Part shown: one piece after another, positions 38,572 to 50,270 of the stretch
How the letters are laid out: each line of letters starts with the position of its first letter
Numbering within the stretch: the stretch's first letter is position 1
DNA from: Pavona decussata
Taxonomy: Eukaryota
Direction of reading: 5' to 3'
Length of the DNA: 64,000 bases
Assembly: GCA_977016875.1 (NCBI GenBank)
Contig: CDRNST010000035.1
Coordinates: forward strand, 1,054,001 to 1,118,000
Translations under genes and position numbers: made by a program
Notes under the pieces: model-generated
Seen by the model: only the letters and a program-made list of their open reading frames with translations
Told to the model about the DNA's origin: nothing
Databases searched by the model: none

Positions 38572-39727
38572 TCATAGCAAATGTTGCACTTGGAACTCAT
38601 CAGTGCCCATGTCACTATGCTCTTCCCGACTAGCATTGTTTTGGCTCATTAATGAGTGGAGCTCATTCATGAGGGCCTCACAGCACTGTTCAACAGTGTC
38701 CTTTATTACTGGGACCTCGGATGGCTCAAACTTGCTCAGCACATAAGCTGTTACGTCATGTCTTTTATCTGGCCTCCCTATTCCTACGCGCACTCTCTTT
38801 ATAGTCTAAGAAAGCAAAAACAAAAACAATTAAATATTTCATATTGAATAAAATTTACTATTTAAAAAAATCTCTCCTTTAAAAAGACACTCTTTGGTCT
38901 GCAGCACTATGTAATAAAATGATCATGACTAGCGAAAATACAGAAAGAGCAACATTATTGTTCCATTCTTTACTGGTAACAATCATACATGTAACCATGC
39001 AAGAGACAATAAGTGTTTTCTTTGTTTGTGTGTTCATTTATTACAGTAGATCTATTTTAGTATAACTCCAATCAATTTTTTTTAATTTTTTTGCGCGTGA
39101 TGATTTTTTTTAATTTTATTTATTTGTGAATGATGATTTTTTAGCTATTTTTAAATTCGTTTGATCTTGTGAAATAATTTTTAGGTAATTTTATTTTTTA
39201 TTTCATTTTTAATTTGCAGGGCCCCACTGAAAACTGCCAAGGCGAGTGGGCTCCCTGGATAAATATTATTATTAGTAGTATTATTGAAACATAAGCAAGC
39301 GAAAATTAAAGTTAATAGCCGATGTTTCGGCGTCCTCGTGACACCATTCTTTTATTTATTTATTTATTTATTTATTCACCACGACATACAAACATAGAAA
39401 GTTACAATGAATAATAGACTAGGATTACAAGTACATAAGTTTAGAGTAAATAATAATAGTAAAAGAAGTAAGAAGTGGCGAGGAGACCTCAAGAAACCCC
39501 CGGGCTTATACTGAGAGGTCTCCTCGGAGATATGTTGGGACTTTAAGACCAGTAAAGACATTGTATTGAGATTTTTTAACATACGGTGGTGGTAAGACTA
39601 TAAAGACATAACAGAGTCGGACGTTTCATGCAATGAACTGAGGAAATCAAGAAGCATTCTCAAGGCAAAGTGGATAAATTAATGCGAAGATTTGAGTTCT
39701 ATACTTTACAGTCTCTACAAATTAGCA

Positions 39728-39780
<53 letters not shown>

Positions 39781-42700
39781 TTTATTTATTTATTTGCCCA
39801 AAATCAACAACTGTTACAATATTTCATTCATCACTGTAGTGACAGTATTGAGCAGGAAGTCCCAGAAGGCTTATCAAGGAGACCCCCCTTACTAACTGTT
39901 ACTAATAACTCAGGCGATATATGAAATTATCATAATCTACGTTAAATTATAAATTCCTAATAGGGCAAGGAACAAGCTATATTAGTCATACTCAACGTCA
40001 TTCTCAGAATTTTCCATGGTTGTTTTTCAAGATAGACTGCGTGGTCAAGAGAAAACCCTAGTGATCCACTGACCAACCTGCATCACCATCTTGAAAGGCA
40101 CTTACATTTGGAAAAAAAGACCTAGGAATGAAGTTGGGTCATGCTCTGTCAGGTATGAAAAAAAAAGGGGGGGGGGGGGGGGGAGGAATAAAATTGCCAT
40201 AATCCAGCAAAGTATCTGAGTAAAATAATAATTGCTAAATCTTACATCACATCTCAGAGAACCAATTGCTGATCTAACACCCTTGTGACCCCTACAAAAA
40301 AAGACATAGGCAAAAAACTATCAGAAATAATGACCTCTTCTGCCTCCATGTATTGGTGTGAGTAGTTACAGTTGTAGTCAACTTAACTTGAAAGCATTAC
40401 TTAAGCTAACAAGGGCCATCATCTTTCACTTCTCATTTCTGGTCAAGGAGCTAAGTGCTCCCTGAGAATTGCAGGCTAAATTTATTCTTCTTTTCGTACC
40501 TGTTCCCTGAGAAAAGATTAATTCCTGAACTCAACTTTTTTAAGCAGAAATTAATAATATTGTGTTTACTTCTACACTGTAATATAAAATACATAACCAG
40601 CAAATGATATGAAGTGGCATTCCCGTACCTACAGCTGTACAAACTACCACAGGCATTTCTTTCTTTTACTAATACTATATACATGTACATGTATGTAGCA
40701 GGCAGATGGGTGGGGCGGGGGATTTAAATGAGGGCCAGTCTTTAATTTACAAAATTGAGTTTTGCACTTCTCACCCTGCACTTCCTCCATGTTTGAGACT
40801 GAATTTCCCCACAGGCTTATCAAGGTCATCATGTACAAGAACAATACTGGATGGGTTCACATTGAACATTGTCGCTGCAAAATGGAGGAATTTGCATAGA
40901 ATAGTCAGACATGCAAATAACAAATAATATACTTTAATGACTTTTTAGAAATGAGGTTCAGACTAGTATCATCCTTGTCAAGGTTATTTAATTACATGAA
41001 CAAATGTTGCCTATACAGTCTGTATGTCAACCTAGAAGTGGGATGCTGGATCCAGCAATCAACCACTGGCAACATTATTTTATATGTTGTGGTTCAATTT
41101 TATCTTTGGCGTAAATTTTTTTTTCCATTGTTTCAAACTCATTATCGTACATTACCATACTCAATAACAATATGAAGATAAAATTTAAACCAACATTTGA
41201 ACTACAACATATATACACATACACAGAGAAGATAAAATTCACATTTAAGTTTAACATCTAAGGAAATACTGGAATCCCTAATCTAAGATAAAATCACGTT
41301 GTGCTTCTTGAATAGTACAATGATTATAATCGCCAAAGACCAATAATTTTGGGAAATAGTGCCTGGCAGCCTCAGGTGAAAGCGGGAGACAGGGGACACC
41401 CTAAGTGTGTGCACTGAATCACATGTAGGTGTACACATTTTCAGCCCTCAAAAAATTCTAAGGTTTTTCATCCTAAAAAGAAAAAAGATTTACCAGAAAA
41501 AGTATTTCCCAGGTCACAATTTGAATAATATTCTGACAATGTAAAAATGTTGGCACAAGAGAGCATTTCCACAAATTAAATTGTCAACAATGATACAATC
41601 GCGCAAATGTAAATATTTAGTACAGTTAGCTTCCAGACTCGATTCAATGTATACAGACTGGGTGCACCCCTTAACTGCATAGTTGAATGCATTCCTGCTC
41701 TTGTTACAGGCTTCCACTCTTTTCTGAAGTGGACTATACAGAAACAGGCAAATTCCCACCTCAAGGAAATGTAACACTATATGTAGTCTACCATTAAGGG
41801 CTCAGCTTTTGGGGTACTTAGATTCAATAGCAAATCTCTCAACCCTCACAAGGGAAAGAAGAAATCTATTAAAACGTTTTCTTTACACAAGTCCAATGCA
41901 TTATTAAATCATTATTATCACATAATCAGATAATCTAGCTCTTGACCTAAATTCTAAGCATAATACAGTAGCAAGCACCATTTTCCCAGGACCATCGCAC
42001 AATTCTCTGAGAGGCAAAGTAAAGAGACCGTCAAGAAATTCAAGAACACTTACATCTTTACAGTGGCCAAATTACCAATTACAAAATCAAACATGTATTT
42101 GTTTCAACTCCGCCACCAATGCAGCCAATGTTTTGTTTTTTTTGTTGCAGCACCACAGTTGCCCAAATAGGCACTAACTCTCTAATATTAACTCTCTTAA
42201 TTTTCTGAGAGTTCTGTAGATACCACTGAGTTTCAAGATGGCCTATAGTATAGTGCCACAGGGTAAATATTTGTAACAAAACACATATAATTTTTTTAAT
42301 ATACATGTAAATTTGGAAACAGGTGCGAACAAACCAAGAAGAGGGATAACAGAAATGATTGAAAATTTTTAATTTTACTGACAATGTTTACACCATACTA
42401 TTAGTTATTTGCATAAAATCATGCAATTTTAAAGGAGCTGACTGATTGACAGAGTAACTTAGTGACTTAAGCTGCTTGATAGATTGATTTTTTGCCTGAA
42501 AATTTGCTGACCGTACCTGCTCTTGCGATGCTCTTTCCATTTACATTCATTGCCACAGTAGGTTTCAGGAGTATAAGCCGCTGGTCATTCATTTTTGTGA
42601 CAGCCAAATGAGCCATAGATTTCCTGTTAAACTGCCAGGTTGCTCCCAGCTGTTTGCCCAGACAATCAACCACTAGCATTCCAACACTGTGCCTTGTGTC

Positions 42701-43232
42701 TGGAAGAATGTAATTACCTAAGCCCACAACCTGCAGGAATATAAACTCCATTCAACAATCATATGCATTGTAGCAAAATACAACAGATAACAGTTTGTAA
42801 ACCTAAATCAAAAGAAATGTAATTTTAGGATAGTCATCATGCATCTATTGAAATTACAGATACTCAGTCTACTCAGTACATGTACCCCGGAAAAAATAAC
42901 TCAAGAAGTGTCAAAAAAAAGCCTCTCTCTAAAATAACTACGAGAATTAAACATCCTGGAATAGCCATTACAAGTCATACTGAGGCTTAATGTTGTACTG
43001 CACTGCTAAATTAAAGTTAGTAGCCAAACTTGATTGAGTCATCGATCAAGTCGAGACACAACGAACATTGAGCACTACAAAAAACAGTTACCATTGCGTT
43101 TAGTTTCCTTGCGTCAGTGGCTTGAGCTTGATTTAAACTCCTCTTGCAAAGAAATCTAAATGATTTTGATGCATTCACGATGCTAGGATAAGCTGAAAAT
43201 ACTCGCCAAACACATCTCCCCCTGTCCACCAT
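38572..43232 (-). CDS. PTRH1: Peptidyl-tRNA hydrolase 1 (bacterial-type Pth, probably mitochondrial), 5 exons, 244 aa
   Basis: Exons 43232-43092, 42730-42517, 40874-40775, 40291-40246 and 38805-38572, all GT-AG and in frame. Pth motifs present: VVGLGNY, TRHSVG (catalytic His), LLKP..MNVNG, LVHDDLD, GGSAGGHKG, RVRVGIGRP, YVLSKF. The N-terminus is basic and presequence-like. Confidence 0.95.
39728..39778. repeat. (TAT)n microsatellite
   Basis: Long uninterrupted TAT run in PTRH1 intron 4. Confidence 0.95.
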
Positions 43233-43297
43233 TGTGGAAGAAAAAAACGAGCCCGCGGAAAGTACCAGCGGTAATAGACACAATTCAAGATGGCGGC
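43233..43297. promoter_or_regulatory. Compact bidirectional promoter region of PTRH1/DNLZ with YY1-type motif
   Basis: 57 bp separate the two divergent ATGs. CAAGATGGCGGC (43286-43297) overlaps the DNLZ start codon. Confidence 0.65.
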
Positions 43298-46265
43298 TAC
43301 TCTGTCGTGTCGTTTGTCACGTTGTGGTTATACATTTATTTCCCGTAGTCTTTTTATCAATAATGCCCTGCGTTCAACTTCTTGTTTACCAAGATCTCGA
43401 AAATACCTTTGTTTTAGACGCACTTTATGTGAAAATGCTGGGGACAATGCTTCCAAATCGCTTGGCTCAATCGAACAGAGTTCCAAGTTCCAATTGGTGT
43501 TTACATGTAAAGTTTGCGAGACACGATCCCGAAAGGTTATCAGTAAACAGGCTTACACAAAAGGAGTTGTTATCGTCAAATGCCCAGGATGTAATAACAA
43601 TCACTTGATAGCTGATAACCTCGGTTGGTTTTTCAACGAAAAAAGGTAAGGACATTGGGATTGGAAAACGAGGAAGATGGCGCGCTCAGCGGTATTGTAA
43701 TCGTGTTTTGTGTTTTAATTTTGAAAACGCTTTATTCTAAAAACCAAACAGCTTGTGCCAGTTTAAAGCTAACCCAGTTAAACCAAACTTTAATCCGACC
43801 GTTAAGCACTATAAACCGCTAAATATAGTGCGTTGGGTGCATCCAAATCACCGTCTAACTTCTCCCTACAATGCATTGTCAAGGAAAGAGAAGATACATG
43901 TCCTAAATTCTCAACGCCAACGGACTGAGGAAGTTCATTGTAACCACTGATATCAATTACAGAGAACAATTATTATTATCCATTGGATTCAAAGTGTTAA
44001 CAGTGTATCTTTTTTAACCAAGTTTAATCTTATCTTAAAATGTATATAATATTCTAAAGGGGCATAGTGCCAGGATTACAAGTTGATTGTTTATTAAGGG
44101 AGAAAGCCATGTGTACTATTAAAGCAACAGAGCTGTATTCCAATGTAATGTGTGATGTACATGCAAATTATATGGAATCCCAAATTAACAAGACAATTTT
44201 AATGGTCCATACCATACCATATTCATGTAAAGGCCAATCTTTGTTTATTAGTTAACTTAAGGTTATGAATTTTTATAACCCACCGATTTATTTCTGCATA
44301 TCTCAATGGACAAAATACATCATTTCGTAAAAATCGGAAGGCGGTTATCAGACAATAACAGTCCTCCAGTTTGATAACAGTCTTCCAAATAGTATTTTTT
44401 TTTTTTTTTTTGGTTGACGAGAAAAACAAAGAAAGAACATCACAGCTTTAGGTCTCAGTTGTTGTAATCTAATCAGAGTTTAATAAAATATAACAGTAAA
44501 CTGGTTCTTTTGACATTTCCACAGTAAAGCACACACATCTCAGAAATTAATCAGAGGGTTATATAATAAATAAACCTTTTCCCAGCTTGCTGTATTTTGG
44601 ATGGTAATGCCCTTGGCTTACAGATTGTTTTTAAAATTTCACAGTTACCCGTAAAACTTTGCATCTTGACCAACTGTTCATTTTCAAAAATCTTTCAGCC
44701 TTGGGTTTTATCCTTTGATATACCAGCCACCTGAAGGGGTTTATTTACTAAACATTGGAGGTCTATATTAATCTTTATTAGAAAGCCTGCAGTAACTACA
44801 GCTGTAGCAGTGAGTGTGTCCCTTATCTGAATTTGAAAACTATGTTTACGTTTGTTGCAATAGTCCCAGACTGTTTGAAAGGAATTTTTGTGCCTGTCTC
44901 AATTGTTTTTGTGGCATTGTTGCATTGAATTCATTATCTACTTTACTGAAAATGAAAAAAGCAACCCAAGGACGAAGGTCATAATATATTTTGATAAATG
45001 CAGATTTCCACATGTGCAGAAGTAAGTAACTTAAAATGCCTCCATTTTGTACCAATTCTCATTATTGTATGCAACAGCCATCACTTACCATGATCACTCT
45101 TACCAGAACCATTTCGTTTACAACTAATTTTTATTTTTATACATTTTAAACCAATTTAAAGTGCATACTTACAATTTGCATGGGCTTGGGGTTTGTATTT
45201 ACATGTATCAACTTGAGCAAAAAAGCTGCAAGTGTTGGTGTATATGTTGTGGTTCAATTTTATCCTTGGTTTAATTTTTATTTCCCATTGTTTTAAACTC
45301 ATTATCATACATTACCATACCCCAACACAAAGGGAAATAAAAATTAAACTAAGGATAAAATTGAACCACAACATATACATGTAATAGGTTGAAAGGTTAC
45401 TAAAAACCCAGGATCTTTTTAAAGAGATCTGTGTTCAAGAAGATAATTGTTGAATGTTTGCTGCGTGTGAACAAAAAATTTGACAATTGTCAGTGAGGCA
45501 CAGGCCAGTTGACAACCCTTCACTGGAAATGCAGACAGATGTCATTGTTGTTTGGAAGGAAGGGGGGGGGGGGGGTGGGTGCAGGCGAGGATAATGTTGT
45601 ATCACACATCACACCACTAAGACTTTCAAACTTGTATGTATCCCCTTGTTGCTTTGTATTCATTCACATAACGCTGGCACCAGACGCTCTTAGACTCATA
45701 CCAGCTCGTATTCACCCGATTTGTTGTAACGGATCAAGATTCTCATATCAATATAAAACACATTTTAGTGCCAACGCCGAACACTGTTTGCCTGTTTATT
45801 TCATAATCCTTTTCGTTTCAAAAATTTAATTGCGGAGTAAAACAAGTGACTTCCACCACCATTAAAACGGTTTATGTAAAGGCATTAAAATATTTTCAGC
45901 TCGTACGGGAATGAAAGGCATACTGGTATTATGAAACATCCCCTTGATTCTCAAGGTCGTATTGCGTATGATCGTTGTTTATCAGTGAGCAGTTATACAC
46001 TTTTGCTGGATTGAACCAAACATCTGCTTATTCAATGTAGATCATGGAACACGCTGAGTAAGCTACTGGACATTATCTTTCAGAGCTAAACTGCTTTTTA
46101 TTTCTTTATTTGATTGTTTAACATATTTTTTCATCTCATAGAAACATTGAGGACATACTGGCAGAAAAAGGAGAGGCAGTCAAGAGGTTATCAGACAATG
46201 ACTCTCTGGAGTTTTTGATTGAAGATGACAACGATAAACATACAAAGGACAAGGGAAACACTTAG
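43290..46265 (+). CDS. DNLZ: DNL-type zinc finger protein (Zim17/Tim15/Hep1, mitochondrial Hsp70 escort protein), 2 exons, 159 aa
   Basis: Exons 43290-43645 (AG|GTAAG) and 46142-46265 (catag|, TAG). Contains the zf-DNL signature [41 protein letters not shown], followed by [12 protein letters not shown]. Arg/Ser/Leu-rich mitochondrial presequence. Confidence 0.96.
45241..45377. mobile_element. TA-flanked MITE; second copy at about 41081-41215
   Basis: TIRs TATATGTTGTGGTTCAATTTTATC...GATAAAATTGAACCACAACATATA. One copy lies in the DNLZ intron and one in a PTRH1 intron. Confidence 0.8.
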
Positions 46266-48808
46266 CTATTGTTGGACACTAGAAATAAATACACAAAATT
46301 TTTCTTAGAATTTGTTCTTTTAGTTGTCCACTCTCCTGAATCTAAAGATAAAAGAGTCCTAAATCGTACACCGCAAACATTTTTTACTCAAATTGCGAAT
46401 CATTGAAACTTGGCACTTCTACTTGAAAAGAAGTCCAAGATGTCTTGTTTTGGTAATAAACGTTGGCCTTGCTCGCCATCACGGAGTTGGACTGCTAACT
46501 ACAATATGTATAACACAGCATTTTTTCCAGAACTCCGAGTTCCCACAATATGTACGTAGTTTCCTTGATGCTAACAAACATCATCTGCGCGGTTGGCATT
46601 TCCAAAAAACGGAGCCCACGAACTTTGTAACCCTGGCCAGAAGTTACTTTGAGCTTGTTCAGATTCAGGAAGAATTGAAAGTATGATTTCATATTGCCCT
46701 GTTGACAACAATGTACATAGTTTTGCAAAAGTAGTGCGTGACCATTCTATGCTCCCTGGAAGAGTGCTTGACAGTAAAGGCGGTATTGTATAAATAAGTG
46801 CGTGAAAGGGGCAAAACAATGCATATAAAAAGACCAAACAAAGCACTTTCACTAGACCCGCTTATTGTCAGATAAAATTGAGTGTAATCTTCACTACAAG
46901 TTGGCGTGTTAGATAAGTGACTGCCCCGTGAAACAAACGGTTATTCTTTTTATTATGAATATCATATTTTACCACAATGACCAATGATCCCTTTCACGAC
47001 AGCGAGTACAATGTCAACAATTTCAACACTACTGCGACATTTCTTGTCATACTCGTTCACAGAGGACCCTGGGAGCGAGAGTTGAAGGAAAGTTTGATTC
47101 CATGACGTCAGTAAGAGCTTTGGAACAGTAATGCAAGTTTCATTTTTGCATTTTAGCAGTTTCTTTGAAACCTATTATGGTTGTTAGTAAAACGTGTAAC
47201 GGCGGGAATTTTTCACGTTTACTTTTATTATTATGTTTTTGTTCTTGCTAAAATTCCCTTTGTTTGGTCATTTTACTTTTCGCTTCCTCCTGAATGGAAT
47301 AGAAACTGGCTACCAACGAGGATTTGTCGATAACAATAAAGTGTATAAATGGGAGTATATATTTTTAATTTATTGATTGTTTTCGGGGTCTAGTTTAGTT
47401 TGTACTGTTGGGAAAGCCCTATTGCAAAAAGTTGATCACCTTGGAACGCAAATAATCACAATCAAGACGTGTCTAAGCTTCATGCGAGTTCACATTCAGG
47501 CCTTAAATAACTTTGAAAAGACATGTATACAAAACAATGTTAACTCGTTGGTATGCACGCCTTGAAATTCTCTAACAGCTCTTTTCTGGATGCGGATTGC
47601 CTTGGTTTGATTATCTTCCAAAAATGTTCCTCACAAGAAGAGGAGAAGATCTAGCCAGAGAGCTCTGCCTGGCTAGTAAATTTTGCAGTTTCAATCAACA
47701 TACTATTTCATGATGTTTTGAATTAAATGTATTTTCTAGTATTTTACTTGCGGTCAGGTCAGTTTTTTTGGACAATTATATATGCGAGGCGGAAAATCCC
47801 GGTAACGTGAAGCGATAAACTGTACAACAACAAACATCTCTTTTCAGGAGAAAACTGTAACAGACCACAATTTCCAGTAGCTCAAAAAAAAATTACGCCC
47901 TCCCTTCTTGTCAGCATATTCAGGAAATAAAAAATTTCGGAGTATGAAAACATAGAAACTGTGCGTGACAACGATCCGCGTTCGGGACTTTTTCCAGCAG
48001 TATACTTGTTGCAGTCGCGGCCGTCAGACTTTTAAATAGCATTGTTTCGAACTTTCTTTGTTCCTTTTTTTCTGTTTCTTTTAATTCAAACGTTTTCAGA
48101 AATAATACTCCACGGATCGCTTTCTTGTTTTACCCGAAAATTTATCGTGAACTGGACACTCCCTTTGCTTTTGTCGCAGAAAATTCGTCGGGGTTCAGCG
48201 ATTAAAAATTATGTCAACGCTTATAACTAATAACTGCATTGAACTTCAAATTAAACACAAGCAAGCCGTTATATGATTTTGCTTGCAATTAACTTGGTCA
48301 ATTTTGTTCAGTCAAAATATCTTGTTACCTTTTCTTTCATTCAAGAAGTACTCCACAGTGAAATTCATATCGCGATTAACGATAAAAATGTACACTGAGT
48401 TAATACAAATACTTCGAGTTCGGCCTCCTCACGAAAGGTATAATTTGTCCTTCTGAAGTTAGTAGATCACTAGTTAGTTAACCTTGTTTTTATTCTATTA
48501 ATGAAAGCGTGAAATGAAAGGAGAAAAAAGATAAACTTAAGAGAAGAAAAAATAAGTTAATATCCCATATAAGGGCAAAATCCCCGTTACCCCGATTCTT
48601 GTTATGAAATACAACATTATGCCGTTACACCTGCTCTACTCGGAAATGTATGCACGTGCGGAAAGTAAAAGCGGAAAAATATACAAAAAACTGTAACATA
48701 TGACAAAAATAGCACTTCCTTTTTGGCGCATCTTTACGCCATTTGAATGACAAACACAGAGAATTACAATAGAAGACAATAGCTTGGCCGCGATATGGTT
48801 ATCACTTA

Positions 48809-49101
48809 GGGGCTTTCCCATCAGATTATCCGTAAATTTAAGTAAGTGACACAGCAAAATTAAACAATAAACGTGAACGATCGATACTGAAGGCAAAAGC
48901 CAGTGAACACCACCGGTAAATAAAAATAAGCCGGTCTTACTTTCATTTCAAATATCTGCTGGAGTACTAGTGGTCAAAATCATACACGGAACGCCGCCTT
49001 GGATTACTTCATGTGCTATTATTGTCGATTTGTGTTTATTAAAAGTAGAGGATTACTTCATATTTTGGTTGGGTAAAATCCCTTAATACTACGCTATATA
49101 A
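48809..49101 (+). promoter_or_regulatory. CARD-only gene A promoter: kB-like sites, IRF-E-like site, TATA box
   Basis: GGGGCTTTCC at 48809-48818 fits GGGRNYYYCC; ACTTTCATTTC at 48939-48949; GGGTAAAATCCC at 49071-49082; TATATAA at 49095-49101. Confidence 0.5.
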
Positions 49102-49194
49102 GTCGTCAGCAAATCGATTGAAATCAGGCCCAACAGCTTACGTTCGTGCTCTCTCTATTTTGGCAGAAATTACAAGTCAGTAAACTTTTCCATT

Positions 49195-50270
49195 ATGGAG
49201 AGAGAAGAGAAAGAAATTATCGACCGTTATTGTGGCCAAATTTGTGAAGACGCTATCCCAGTCGATATGCTGCCGTATCTACCTTGCTTGACTCAGAGCG
49301 ACAAGGAAAAAATCAAATGCGAAGAGACAAACAGTGGTCCCAGGCAAGCTACGGTTAAGTTGTTGTGGCATCTTCGAAGACGGGCCGGTGCTTTTCAAGA
49401 ATTTGTTGTAGCTCTTAGACTTAGCGGTTGCGGACATTTAGCGGATCTTCTTGATCCTCGCGAACAAGGTTTGTGTAGAGATCAGCAGCTCACGTGTTGA
49501 TTACGTGAATTTTAATACGTTTCTATGTGTGATCGATATAGGAACAGTGAAAAAATCATTCCTGAAAGGTTCTGAAGGATTTGTATCCCATAGATATAGA
49601 CGAAAACGTAATTATATAACGAAAATAGAGGAAAAATGCCCTCACCTCTTAGATTTTTGTTATATGTTCGTAAAATTATGTTTTCTTTTTCGTTCATAGA
49701 ACGTACAGAGGATATCATGCACAATGAACTGAACCCAAACGATCTGCCGGACGGAGATGGGATTATTTTGTTTCATGATCAGGTTAAGTACTATAGATAC
49801 CAAGTTATACGCGGCGGTATTGGGCGTCAACTGTTGCAAACAGTTGAAAATCCACTAGTAGTTTATTAAAAACATGGACAATGCATGCATGGGACGCAGA
49901 ATTTAAAACAAAACTTTTAATTGAAAGATATTCGCTGTAATGCATTCCACAGCGTTCCAAATCCCTTGAAGTGAAAGTGTAAAACGCCCTTAGCCTTCGA
50001 CTTAGCCACAATGATATAACCTAATTGGTATTTGTAATTTGTAACTTCTTTACCAATAAAATAGCAGAATTTCCTCCCCTGAAAAGCGATGACAATCCCG
50101 TGGTCAGAAAAGGGTCTTAACACTGGGAAAACTGAGCTGCTACTTAACTGGGCATGCACAAGGAAGACATTAATTTTCCTTCCATTTTATTTACTCGTAG
50201 TACCTCTTTCAGTATAGCGTGATCTGTATACTTTCCACAGGTTCCCTTGGATGACGTCAATTACCCATGA
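49195..50270 (+). CDS. MAVS/RIG-I-type CARD-only protein A (3 coding exons, 128 aa)
   Basis: Exons 49195-49468 (G|GTTTGT), 49700-49782 (catag| ... CAG|GTTAAG) and 50241-50270 (ccacag|, TGA). The CARD contains MLPYLPCLT, LRRRAGAFQEFVVALR and GHLADLL, matching the human MAVS CARD (ILPYLPCLT...RRPGWVEYFIAALR...LADEV). Acidic tail ends VPLDDVNYP. Confidence 0.85.

Noticed and set aside
39670-39924. Poly-Leu and poly-Tyr ORFs
   Set aside because: They are translations of a (TAT)n microsatellite in a PTRH1 intron.
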